Shown: positions 34,462 to 45,966 of the stretch, piece by piece
How positions within the stretch are numbered: position 1 is the stretch's first letter
How the letters are laid out: each line of letters opens with the position of its first letter
From: Alloascoidea hylecoeti
Taxonomy: Eukaryota
Direction: 5' to 3'
Assembly: GCA_001600815.1 (NCBI GenBank)
Contig: BCKZ01000008.1
Location: 1 to 64,000 of the forward strand
Length of the DNA stretch: 64,000 bases
Position numbers and translations under genes: made by a program
Notes under the pieces: generated by a model
Told to the model about the DNA's origin: nothing
The model's database searches: none
What the model saw: only the letters and a program-made list of their open reading frames with translations

Positions 34462-36843
34462 TGCGATATATACAGATTAACTTTGATAATAGTGAATATT
34501 GAATGTCTACAATCAGTTTGTGGTTCTAAGATATTATCTAATCTTAATAACCCGCTTCGTTTCGTAATAATCGTACAGTAAGGATACGTATGGAAGTTTT
34601 ACAATAATTGGTTGTTAAATCTCAATAGTTTATAAATACTAAAAAATATATATTAAAAGTTAACTGATTTCCAAAAATAAGTAGAAAAATATTACGTTTA
34701 TATAGTTATACCGTTCATCGAAACTTAGCTATAGTATTGTCGACGACAAGAAAAGTTATCGATATACCCGTATTTCATGGCCATGTCCATATGCATGTTT
34801 CTATGGATCACCAGATAACTTACTTCAGCTCATAGAAATTTCGAAAAAGCCAATAGAGATAAGTCTAGAAAATATTATCGAAAACTAGATCTTTTAGAAA
34901 CCGGAATACCTGAAGAAAAAAAACATGCGGAAACATATAATAGATCAACTCACAGTCCAATTTTTACACTTAAACACATGAAGATCTCGGAAAACAAAAT
35001 GAAATAATTAAGCAAGAGTAGGAGAATAAAAACAAAAATCCCCAATGAAAATCCAGTTTGTGATGGCATGAAAGAGGAAAACCTACTACGCTCTAAACAC
35101 GATCAAAAACAGGGCAAAAGAGAAGAAGAAACTCTCCTATTTTGAACTAAATGCAAAATAACGAGTAAAAATATGCCATTAGAATGTATCAAGATAGCTA
35201 GTTTATAGACACAGAATATATGGCGAATTTATATATTTTGCTGTTGTTGGTGACTTATTATTTTCGAGTGATTGTACTCTTTGGATTACTCTTGTGAGAA
35301 AAGCAAAAATCAAGACACACTTTTTTAAAAATTTGTAAAACTTTGTAATAAAATTAAAAAAATCTATAATTTTAAGTGTTTTAACATTTCGCTAAAATTT
35401 AAGACTCGGGTAATGTCAGGCACTCCATTACAACAAATCTTATCTTAGCTACTAATGTGCTTTTTTGGTCTTGAAATTCATTTTATTTCTTCAATTATTT
35501 CTTTTACTGTATCTTCTACAAATACAAGGAGCAATTGAAACAATTTTCGTTACGCCAATTCTTGCCGAAGCTTTTTCATATTTTTAGGTAAATCATTGAT
35601 AGGGCTATTAATGTGGATCAGATTGTGATGTGATAATTGAGTAAAATTCTTCCTATACGAGTTCACCCCCTCCATAAATTGAGTCTTAGTTAGCTCATCT
35701 TTTTTCGCTGATATCACTCTTTAATTAACTGTGAGCATTTTCATGGGTGGCTTTATCAAGTGTCATTTCACCATCTGACCCTTTGATTCCCATGCGGAAT
35801 GTATTCCTTTTCTTTTAATTTGCAGTGACCAAAATTAAGCAAGATTACAATGATCGCTTTTCTTGAATATATTTATAGAATTGTACCCAACCATCAACAA
35901 CTAAATATCTGAAAATAAAGTTATTTGATAAGATCAAAGAATTGTTCTCATACATATGAATCACAGTAACCCCATTTACGAAATTCCATCATCACGAGAG
36001 CCTCAGATAAGCAACCATGAGGATTAAGTTGTGGAAAATTTAAAAAGAATAATGACGGATAAATTTCACATTCCCCTATCAGCGCGGAGCCAGTTGCAAA
36101 CTTAATTGGAACAATATTGGAAATAAAAGTACAATGGTTCTAATTTACCGTCGAAAGATGATCTAGTAAACCATTACCTTTATCACTGAATACAGCTGAT
36201 GGCGCCAAAAACCTAATTTGCAACTTTTCCAATCGATTGCATTATACCCCTTGGGTTGTTAAAATTGGCGAGGAGATACACATAGCTTATTCTCAGTCAA
36301 TGGTTATTTTATATAATTGATACATTTCTCACAAACGTTTTCATTTATTCGGTTTAGTGACTTACAAGCAGTGCAATAGTGTTTTTATTGGTTGTTTATT
36401 AAGAATTGAGCAATAGGATTGTGAACACTTTATTGAGGATTTACCTTGAAGTGCGTAACTAATGAAGGGTTATGAAATAAAATTGATAATGCTATCATTC
36501 CCATCTGCCTCAAAATGTATTTATTCAGCTGAGAAAACCTACAAATTCATTTATATATAAGCTACTTAGTATATGTTGTGGTGGTAGATATCATGCCCGA
36601 CTAATTGAGGGCGGGTTAATTAGGTGAACCTCATAATGCTTTTACAATTTAATGAGGATGAAATTTTTACATTAGATTAGATTTACATAAACTTACTTGC
36701 TTATTGTTCTGAGGTTAACGTTAGAATCATGAAAGATCAAGATAAAAATAATGACAGCACCTAATAACCATAGGAAGGCAAGAATTTGTGGCTTTTTATA
36801 TATAAATCATTAATATTTATCTTTCTTCAATTATATCATCAAA

Positions 36844-38466
36844 ATGAGATATATTTCAATATTATCGGCTTGTAGTTATACTACAGCTTTCTCTCTTTTT
36901 GGTGCTGGTGAAACTACCACACAGGTAATTGGTGGAGCAAAATATCCCACTGATAATACTACACAAAGTTTAAATTATTTAGACATTGCTAAACAAATAT
37001 ATGGTGATAATTTACTTGAAGAAAATGCAGAAGGAATTAAAGATCTTTGGAATCAATTAGAATCATCTGGTTTACTTGAAGGATATTTATCTAGCTTACA
37101 ACCTCAAGCTGATTTACAAAATCAAACCACAACAAAAAGTGAAATTGATTTGGGCGAATGGGATGATTTGATTACAAGTGACCAGTTTCCAAATTATCAG
37201 TTAAGAGTTAAGGAGAATAATCCTGAAATTTTAGGTATTGATACAGTTAAACAATATACAGGATATATTGATATCGCAGAAGGTGATAAACATTTATTTT
37301 ATTGGTTTTTTGAATCAAGAAATGATCCAGAAAATGATCCAGTCGTAATTTGGTTAAATGGTGGTCCCGGTTGTTCATCAACAACAGGCCTTTTCTTTGA
37401 ATTAGGTCCTTCACTTATATCAGAAGATTTGAAACCAATTTATAATCCTTATTCTTGGAATAGTAATGCAAGTGTTATTTTCTTAGATCAACCAATTGGT
37501 GTTGGTTATTCATATTCTGGAGGATCAACTGTTGGGAGTACTGATTTAGCGGCTAAGGACTTTTATGTATTTCTTGAATTATTTTTTCAAAAATTTGAAA
37601 AATTTAGACATTTACCATTTCATATTTCGGGTGAATCATATGGTGGACATTATATTCCAAAATTTGCATCGGAAATAGTAAATCATCCAGAAAGAACCTT
37701 CAATTTAACATCAGTGCTTATAGGTAATGGTTTAACTGATACACTCACACAGATAGCATGGTATGGTCCAATGGCTTGTGGTCAAGGGGGTTATCCATCT
37801 GTTCTCTCACCAGAAATATGCAACAACTATGGTGTACAATATAAGATATGCCATCCGATAATCGAAACATGTTATAAAACTGGATTTACACCCATTTGTA
37901 TTCTAGGAGCATTGTGTGATAAAATCATGGTTGGTTCTTATCTATTGTCTGGAAGGAATCTATATGATATTCGTGAAACATGTGATGGTGCTTGTTATCC
38001 TGGAGAAACATATTCAGATAATTTTTTGAGTCTGGATAAAGTAAAAAACGCTGTTGGTGCAGATTTGATAGGTAACTTTACTGGTTGTAGCCAGGCTGTT
38101 GGTACCCAATTTTTACTCACTGGCGATGAAGCAAGGCCATTTCAACAATATGTTACAGAATTATTACATAAAGAAGTACCAGTGTTGATATATGCAGGTG
38201 ATAAAGATTATATTTGTAACTGGTTAGGCAATAAGGCATGGACAGATGCTTTACAGTGGGATGGAGCTGAAGCATATAGCCATACTCCAACTGAACAATG
38301 GATTACTAATCATCCTGTAGAAAACGGTTCTGCTGGAACTGTAAGAAGTGCAAATAATTTGACATTTTTAAGGATCTTTGATGCTGGACATATGGTTCCA
38401 CATAATCAACCTGAGAATGCATTAACAATGTTGAACAGCTGGATATTCAGTGGTGCTATTAACTAG
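36844..38466 (+). CDS. Serine carboxypeptidase S10, carboxypeptidase Y-like
   Basis: Signal peptide and propeptide, LGIDTVKQYTGY, FYWFFESRNDP..DPVVIWLNGGPGCSS, and an intact triad GESYGG / GDKDYICNW / AGHMVP. TATA-like TATATAAA lies just upstream. It could be PRC1 or a paralog. Confidence 0.96.
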   Translation: MRYISILSACSYTTAFSLFGAGETTTQVIGGAKYPTDNTTQSLNYLDIAKQIYGDNLLEENAEGIKDLWNQLESSGLLEGYLSSLQPQADLQNQTTTKSEIDLGEWDDLITSDQFPNYQLRVKENNPEILGIDTVKQYTGYIDIAEGDKHLFYWFFESRNDPENDPVVIWLNGGPGCSSTTGLFFELGPSLISEDLKPIYNPYSWNSNASVIFLDQPIGVGYSYSGGSTVGSTDLAAKDFYVFLELFFQKFEKFRHLPFHISGESYGGHYIPKFASEIVNHPERTFNLTSVLIGNGLTDTLTQIAWYGPMACGQGGYPSVLSPEICNNYGVQYKICHPIIETCYKTGFTPICILGALCDKIMVGSYLLSGRNLYDIRETCDGACYPGETYSDNFLSLDKVKNAVGADLIGNFTGCSQAVGTQFLLTGDEARPFQQYVTELLHKEVPVLIYAGDKDYICNWLGNKAWTDALQWDGAEAYSHTPTEQWITNHPVENGSAGTVRSANNLTFLRIFDAGHMVPHNQPENALTMLNSWIFSGAIN

Positions 38467-39110
38467 AATATATACTTTTTTGTGATTGTTTATTAATTTC
38501 TCAGATATTTGGATAATAATATCCCCTAATCAATTTTCTGTAGGTTGATATTTCTGGTGTTCTGGTGGTGTTCTGATACTTCTTGATTTGAGTGTATAAA
38601 AATTGGCCCTCCTCTTCTATATTAATCTTTATTATTAACGCTAGGCCATACTCTATCGGATTGTTTATCTAGTTACTATAAGATTACATCTATCTAAAAA
38701 TATAAATACAAATACCTTTTTCTCAAAATCCACCATAGTAGCTTCTTATAAAATATCCATATTTCCCACATACGCTCTCTGACCAGGGTGATTTATATAT
38801 TCTTACTTGGACTTCTTGTGTAACTTGAAGGAAGCTTTCAGAACTATAACTTTTGCCTCATTCTGGTCACACCAAGCGAAAATACTGAAAGCTTTAAGCG
38901 GGACGAAATGTATGCCAATTTGGTTGCTAAATAATTCAAGCTAAGAAGCGAACTAGCTTTCATGTGGATATCTAATATTTATTTTTCAATATTTCGAAAA
39001 TACAGATACTAATTTGATGATACACTCTCTCCAATATGGCTGATTTTAAGTGGAAAAACTGTCAACCTTATAAAGGTAATCAATATTTTAATCAAAATTA
39101 AAAAGAAGCG

Positions 39111-39700
39111 CTAGAGCCGCTTAGTAGTCTTACCACCAGAACCACTAATTTCACACCATTCCCAATTGAGACTCCCTTGGCCAAAATCTAAACATCAGCA
39201 CCCGAACCCTTAATTGTTCGTTTATTGTCAAATCCCAATCCAGTAATTAGAAACACCAAAAATTGGTGCGCCTACAGGAGATCCATTCCTGTAATCATCT
39301 TGAATAACAGTATTATAAGTGTCAACCGATACATAACCAGTAGCTCCGTAAATTGTCTTAAAATGAACACCATTGTCCGAATTAACAAAGGTCGAATTCA
39401 TAATTATGATTCTTTTAAGGACATTAATATTAATATTGTTAGATCCACCAACTGAGCCAATTGAAATACCACGTCCTCCAGAGCAACATCCATTAGCCAT
39501 AGTAAAAACAATATTATGATAGTGACTTGATCTGAAGATCCAATATCCAAAGCATCGGTGTAATGGGCTCTGTTGGAAACATCACCAGTTTTAATAATTA
39601 CTTCAGATGCTGCAAATTTTGTGCAACTAATAATTGAAAAGACTAGAACAGGAGAATTCTTGATATTTAAGATTAAATGCAATAATTGTTGACCTAGTTT
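39111..39700 (-). pseudogene. Endopolygalacturonase (GH28, PGU1-like) pseudogene
   Basis: Collinear GH28 blocks across frameshifts: LNIKNSPVLVFSI, AHYTDALDIGSS (NTD), CSGGRGISIGSVGG (GHG), VNSDNGVHFKT..GATG.V (RIK), IQDDYRNGSP.G.P..GV, ITGL, V*ILAKGVS/NWEWCEISGSGG. Confidence 0.9.
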
Positions 39701-40136
39701 TATCTATTGTTTTCATTCCTTTAACTCTGCGATAAGTGTTTAATATCCCCAAATTCCATTATACACATCAAGTTCTATCCTAAAGTAATTTGGCCATAAA
39801 TCTTATTTTGTTAAAAATATTTACTTTAGAATAATTCACATACATGTAAACACAAACCCAAACATTTGCTATATCTAATAAAAAATAGGTTCATACCAAA
39901 TACTTTGTGATTGTCTCTTTCCCGTGTTGGATTAAGGTTTCTTTTAGGCGTGGATGTGTGGTTGTTTGTTGAACAGGTATAAATTAAGTTTTATGTCTCA
40001 TGCTTTGGGGGTCTTAATCTGGCCTTCACAAAGAAACACACCATGGCTAAGGAAGCCTACATACACTTTATTTACTTTTGGTTATAAATTATCATCTCTT
40101 TCACCCCTTTATAATCAATCAGATAAATCAATTCCA

Positions 40137-41837
40137 ATGTGGTATTTCAGTTACTTACAGTATAGACGAACTGTCTCAACAAAACAAAAACAGCGGGAAG
40201 ATATTATTAGTGGTTTAACGGAATATCACGCACCACTTACCCCCTTAGAATCCACCATTATAAATCGCAGTGCTTCTGATATTGTTGATTCTATAAAATC
40301 TGGTTCATTAAAATCAACAGATGTTTTAAAAGCTTATGGAAAAAAGGCAATAGAAGCACAAAATGAACACAATTGCTTGACAGAGATTATGATTAATGAT
40401 GCCGAAATTCTAGCCCGTGATATCGATACCATTTTCAGGGCTGGAGATAAAAAGTATAAGGATGTATTCAGACCACTTGCCGGGTTTCCCGTGTCTTTGA
40501 AAGATTTAATTGGAGTAGAAGGATATGATACTTCTATGGGCTACGTCAATAAATGCTTTAATCCCCCTAAAGCTGATTCAGCAATTGTGAGACTACTTAA
40601 GGATGCAGGTGCAATACCCTTCGTTAAAACCAATGTTCCTTATACAATGTTATCTTTTGAATCCTATAATCATATTTGGGGAAGGACTGAAAATCCAATC
40701 AAACATGGGTACACTACAGGTGGATCAAGTTCAGGCGAAGCTTGTTTGTTAGCTGCTGGCGGTAGCAGACTAGGAGTTGGTTCGGATGTTGGTGGATCGG
40801 TAAGGATTCCAGCTCATTTTTGTGGAATTTATACTTTGAAATGTTCAAGTAATAGATTTCCAAGATATGGAAATGGTACTACACGACCCGGTGGTAGTGC
40901 TGGTGTGCCTGTTTCATTTTCACCAATGGCTAGTACATTGGGAGATTTGAAATTCCTTTCAAAATCTGTAATTGATATGAAGCCATGGAAGTATGATAAT
41001 GAATGTGCTAAATTGCCTTGGCAAAAACTAGATATGCCTTCAAAATTGAAAATTGGAGTTATGAATCATGATGGTATCGCACCACCAAGTCCAGCTTGCA
41101 GTAGGGCACTTTATACAACTGTTGAAGCTTTGAAAGATAAAGGACATGATGTTGTGATATTTCAACCACCAAATCCATTACTAGGGTTTAAGATCACGGC
41201 CGGATTGTTAACAGCGGATGGAGGAAGACATCCTTTCAAAGATTCAAACTACTGGGAAGAGACAATTATCAAACATGAATTTTATTTACAAAGATACATC
41301 CCAAGATGGCTAAAGAAAGTAGCAGCATGGATATCTCGAACTATTTTAGGTGATGAGACTTATGCTTACATTCTTGAGGATTTCAATGAAAGATCAGTTT
41401 ATGAGTTTTTTGATTTGGTTGGGCAACGTGATGAATACAGATGGCAATTCTGGCGCAAGTGGGAAAAAGAAGAGCTAGATATCTTAATAACAGTGCCATG
41501 TGCTATTCCAGCTTTCCCACATGATGGGCTACCAGATACTGCTTGTGGATATACGATGATTTTTAATCTCTTAGATTATACTTGTGGAGTACTTCCTGTT
41601 TTACGAGTAGACAAAGAAAAAGATGCGTTACCAAAAAACTTCAGATTAAATAAATTGAACAGGTTTGCACAGGGGTTTTACAAGAATTATGATGCAGTAA
41701 AAATGGAAGGGCTTCCAGTTGGAGTGCAGGTAGTTGGACAACGGTTGGAGGAAGAAAAAGTTATTGCTGCTATGGAAATTGTGGAGTCAGCGCTGGAGGA
41801 TTATAAGATTAAAATTGATACTGAAGAGAAGAAATAG
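40137..41837 (+). CDS. Amidase signature family enzyme (acetamidase/fatty-acid amide hydrolase-like)
   Basis: PLAGFPVSLKD (catalytic Lys), GAIPFVKTNVP, GGSSSGEA and GSDVGGSVRIPAHFCG (Ser-cisSer), GLPVGVQVVG. The start is placed at MWYFSY (40137) because TATAAA lies at 40083; upstream in-frame ATGs exist from 39954. Confidence 0.93.
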   Translation: MWYFSYLQYRRTVSTKQKQREDIISGLTEYHAPLTPLESTIINRSASDIVDSIKSGSLKSTDVLKAYGKKAIEAQNEHNCLTEIMINDAEILARDIDTIFRAGDKKYKDVFRPLAGFPVSLKDLIGVEGYDTSMGYVNKCFNPPKADSAIVRLLKDAGAIPFVKTNVPYTMLSFESYNHIWGRTENPIKHGYTTGGSSSGEACLLAAGGSRLGVGSDVGGSVRIPAHFCGIYTLKCSSNRFPRYGNGTTRPGGSAGVPVSFSPMASTLGDLKFLSKSVIDMKPWKYDNECAKLPWQKLDMPSKLKIGVMNHDGIAPPSPACSRALYTTVEALKDKGHDVVIFQPPNPLLGFKITAGLLTADGGRHPFKDSNYWEETIIKHEFYLQRYIPRWLKKVAAWISRTILGDETYAYILEDFNERSVYEFFDLVGQRDEYRWQFWRKWEKEELDILITVPCAIPAFPHDGLPDTACGYTMIFNLLDYTCGVLPVLRVDKEKDALPKNFRLNKLNRFAQGFYKNYDAVKMEGLPVGVQVVGQRLEEEKVIAAMEIVESALEDYKIKIDTEEKK

Positions 41838-43062
41838 ATATAACCATAAGAATATGAATGTTTCCACTCGATTGAGGCCACACTTACACTAAATATTAGG
41901 CCATGTGAGCCATGCTGACTACAACTTATTGGCGATAAAGCCCTCACTAAGCTCTGGTCACCTATGTTTTTCCTCGAGATTTTCAACTGTGAATACTCCA
42001 GGACAGTTTCCTATATGAGATTGCACTTTATAATTAAGATAAAAAAAGTAACATAACAAATTAATAAAACACATGTATTTCCAATTAATTAACGTACTCA
42101 TAGCATCTTCTATCACTTGACTCTAGTTAAACAACGGTACGTAGTTTCGTTAGTTGGGGTTAGGGTTCCATCGTATTATAGTCAAGAGTACCAGTACACG
42201 TGTCTACGGACACCCGGTCACTCAACAGCAAATTACCTTTATGGTTCCGTTTTTACAATTTATTTATAAAATTATGTCGAATTCCTACAAATCTGCCTGT
42301 TTCAGAATTAATTTGTTATTTGTTTATTATTATAATTATTATTATTTTCCGGAGAAATCTTCAAAAGTTAGATCTGATTCGAATGATATAGGGAAAACAT
42401 TATTAATAAACAGCTGAAAAGCCTGAAATTTAATTCTCGGACTAATACATGTACTTTCAGATTTTGGTGCTCCTGTCGAAGTCGAACCCCCTAGTGTTTT
42501 AGTAGAAAGTTCCGAGAATTCGAAGAAACACCCCATAAAATCGAATCGAATCATTCTTTTAATAGAACAATTGTCACTATTTGGTGAAAATGATGAAGAG
42601 TGTGATAGGAGTAATATTTTGAGTGCCCAGACTTGTTTACTTGTTTGATTGACTTTTCCACATTAATAAGGTGAGATAGATCTAGAAGCTATGAGTATAA
42701 AAAGGGCCTTATATTACATTCAATATACATTGCTCAATTGCAAACCGATCACAAGTTACAAGTGATCTGCAATTCCTTATATTATCTGGGGCCAGGGTAG
42801 TGATTGGATTCAATGGGTTGTGGTTGGTACAATTTCAACATCTATAAGGCCTTATTTACTTGGTGTTACGACAACACTAAAGCTAAAGTGTCACCAGATT
42901 TGGGTTTCCAACTTTCCACTGATACAATTATTTACAAGGAAATAAAATACCTCTGAATCCACTAATAGAACCTTACTATATTATGAATATATAAATACAC
43001 TGATTTCCCTTCAAGTTAAATTATATTTATAGACCACTTCGCTTCGATTAATCAATATTAAG

Positions 43063-43644
43063 ATGCCAGCAGCTTTCGATGAAATCCAATTTAATAAAGA
43101 TTTGCTTGATGTTCATTTAATTTATGACTATAATGCAGAGGACGAGAATGGAACTCCTGAAAAATGGAGATATGAAATTTGGGTTTTCAGTAAAGATAGA
43201 GTCGTCTATGAAATTCATGGTGGACCAATGGCTGGTAGAAGTAACTTTCAGACTTGTTCATTCCAATGTATTAGACCCGGGGAGTTATGGCAATGTAATT
43301 GGCTGGAAGAAACAGGTACAATTGTATCACTTGTTTACGATATTCCATCAAGGAGAATAACAACTTTAATTGGGTTTTCTAAAGGTAAATATTATGTTTA
43401 TATGCATAGTCAAATCTTTTTTCTATTTCTAATCATTAACTAATCCGTTATAGGACACTGGGAAAATGCCAAAGAAGCTCACGGAGATAAACGAAATGCT
43501 GAAGATTTCGACAGATGGAGGGGACTTTCAAAAATTGGGATACAAACAGATAGACATATGTTACCTGAACAAGCAGATCTAGTTGAAATATTTCGTGGAG
43601 CTGGTAGCTTAAAACCCATTGAGGAATCTTGGCCAACCATTTAA
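43063..43644 (+). CDS. Cofactor-free phenolic acid decarboxylase (PA_decarbox family), two exons 43063-43384 and 43454-43644, 170 aa
   Basis: Exon 1 has HLIYDY, WRYE, YEIHGGPMAGR and WLEETGT. A 69-nt intron GTAAAT..ACTAAT..ATAG (43385-43453) restores SKGHWENAKEAHGDKRN..D..RWRGLSKIG.QTDR..L.EQA...WPTI*. Confidence 0.93.
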
Positions 43645-43715
43645 ATAAAATAAGTTAAGATATTATCATTATCATCTGTTATTGTCCTCAAAAGCGGTAA
43701 CTTTTATAGTAGATA

Positions 43716-44212
43716 TGGCAGTGAAAAACATTAGCGCCGGCTTTTCCAACGCTAGTTCAGACTGAACTTTACACCCTCCTGTTAGTTCATGATATAGAAC
43801 AAACTCAAAGCAATTTAGAATCTTTGGGCTAAAAAATACAGAAACCCTCAACTACAATGAGGCCTAGGAAATGAATTCTCACGTTAAACAAGCCATTGGC
43901 CATGGTTTGATGTGGGGAATCCTCAAAAATCGTGATTCGCTGCCTGAAATTAACTGCTGTGCACAAAGAGTACTTTACAGGAACCAGTGGGTATGATTCG
44001 CTTTTCTAAAAGGGCAACTTATTGGAGAAGAATAGAAGAGGTTAATTTATTATCTGTGAGACTGCTAAGCCTGCCACTGAACACTGAACATAAAAATGGG
44101 CCCATTGTGAGTCCTCCAAAAAAAGCTTAAGGATTATCCGAAAAAGCTTCACAAATTGGAGGGATAAAATTCAGAACACATTGAGGGTAATAAATTAGAT
44201 ATACAGTGTTAA
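43716..44212 (+). repeat. Dispersed repeat copy A (~490 bp), probable decayed transposon coding fragment
   Basis: Collinear diverged match to 55409-55893, e.g. GATGTGGGGAATCCTCAAAAATCGTGA vs GATATGGGGCATCCTCAAAAATCCTGA and CATTGAGGGTAATAAATTAGATATACAGTGTTAA vs CATTGAGGGTAGTAAATTGGATGTATAGTGTTAA. Confidence 0.85.
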
Positions 44213-44358
44213 TTCGAATATACGTGTGTATTTACAATATTTAGCCTTCGATTAAAAAGTCGGTGATCGTGGTAAAATTATTGTGTTGGAGAAGATCTCT
44301 AATTAAAAACAGTTAATATAGTAATTTCCATACCGAGTAATTAACCTACCACAACCAA

Positions 44359-44868
44359 ATGTTTAGAACGACTCAGCATAGGAGTTTTATTATGACGCCA
44401 TTATCGGTCGATCCAACTGAACCACGAGACCATGAAACATTCATTGGCCCAAATACTACAAGTTATGGAGCAATTCTTCCAGATATCATCTTCAAAAATA
44501 AAACTAGTGAGCCTCGAGATATTTTACAAGCAGAAAGGACATTTCTTTCATGGATTAGGTTAGCACTGACATTAGCATTAGTTGGATTAGCGATTGCTTA
44601 TAATCTTACCCTGAGAACCAAAAAAGAAGACGATGATACTGGTCATCATCATCATAGAATCCATCGGAAGTATACAAATGGTTTAGCAATCACTTTTATA
44701 GTGTTCTCAATAATCACAATGGCAACGGGACTTGGCCATTATGGTTCTACAATCTCCAGATATGCCAATGATAAAACACACATTGGTGATTGGTTTACTA
44801 CTGTCACTTATTTTTTGATTGTTGGGTTTATATTAGGTCTAAATATATTTTTGTATGTGTTAGGATGA
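44359..44868 (+). CDS. DUF202 (YidH/Vtc1-like) small membrane protein
   Basis: SEPRDILQAERTFLSWIRLALTL matches the DUF202 motif RD.LA.ERTFL.W.R; three hydrophobic segments follow. Confidence 0.88.
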   Translation: MFRTTQHRSFIMTPLSVDPTEPRDHETFIGPNTTSYGAILPDIIFKNKTSEPRDILQAERTFLSWIRLALTLALVGLAIAYNLTLRTKKEDDDTGHHHHRIHRKYTNGLAITFIVFSIITMATGLGHYGSTISRYANDKTHIGDWFTTVTYFLIVGFILGLNIFLYVLG

Positions 44869-45966
44869 ACTTATCGACGGGATATATTTTTTAATATGGT
44901 CATAATCATTTTTCTTTGTTCTTGAATCAGTCCCTTAAACTTATCACAAAATGTTGTAAATTTCCAGTCATAAATTTTCAACAGAAATATTCCCAGAACT
45001 TTGGGTAGAACATATTGACTATTATTATTATTAAGGAATGTCATTTTAACAATGATTATCTTAAGTCAACCATTTCAGATATGTTTAGGGATTGTATTTA
45101 CAACTATTTACTAACAAAAAGTTGGCACTCATCAGATTAAAATTAACATTAAATATTGTCAATAATCACATCAAATATATCACATTAATATTTTCTCAAA
45201 ATTTTCTTATTCATATCTCAATGGCCAAGCATATATTCAAAATTTAGAATATACTTTTAACTAATTTTTTTTTTTGAACAATTTTTGATTTAAATTTATA
45301 TTTAAAGCTTTATTTGCAACAACTTTACAAACTGCTTTAAGTTACCTTAAGCCATCATTCTGGTGGTCTCCATCAATGTGAATTCCTACCGGTATTAATT
45401 GTTGGAATAAAAAAAAGAACACATTCTAGGTGATTCAAATTGAATAAACTGTTCTGTTTATAATATTGATTTCCATAGTGAAGAAATTAAATGTTATATA
45501 TATATATCCATGATCTTAATTTTTATTAAATTATAATGCTGGAAATCTATTAATTGTCATAATATAATCATATTACTTAGAAAAGGGCTTAATTGGCATC
45601 ACAAATCTGATACTCATTGAAAAATCTGAATATATATTTAAAAAATACAAATAAAAATCTATTAACTTCACTAATCAGTAAAGATTTTTTCAAGTAGAAT
45701 TATAAGTATACGTGTAAGATGTAAAATGGATATTTTACTACCAAAAAAGGTCTTATTAGTTCACCTAGTATGCTTAGTATTGTGGGTATCAAAGAAATTA
45801 ATATTTAATGCAAACAGCATAAATTAACACATCATTTATCGTGAAATACGGCACACTTCTGCTAATAATCAATGTAGCTAAATCACTAAAAATTATGAAT
45901 GACAAATACTATTCAGTTAATTATACATCATAATTATAAAGGATATATATAAGAAGCAAGACATGT

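Noticed and set aside
34770..35160. A-rich stretch with CPYAC, suggestive of a LINE 3' zinc finger
   Set aside because: Single weak motif with no supporting collinear blocks.
42464..42540. tRNA-like 3' end on the minus strand (GGTTCGACT...CCA)
   Set aside because: T-stem and acceptor stem do not pair and there is no A-box or cloverleaf.
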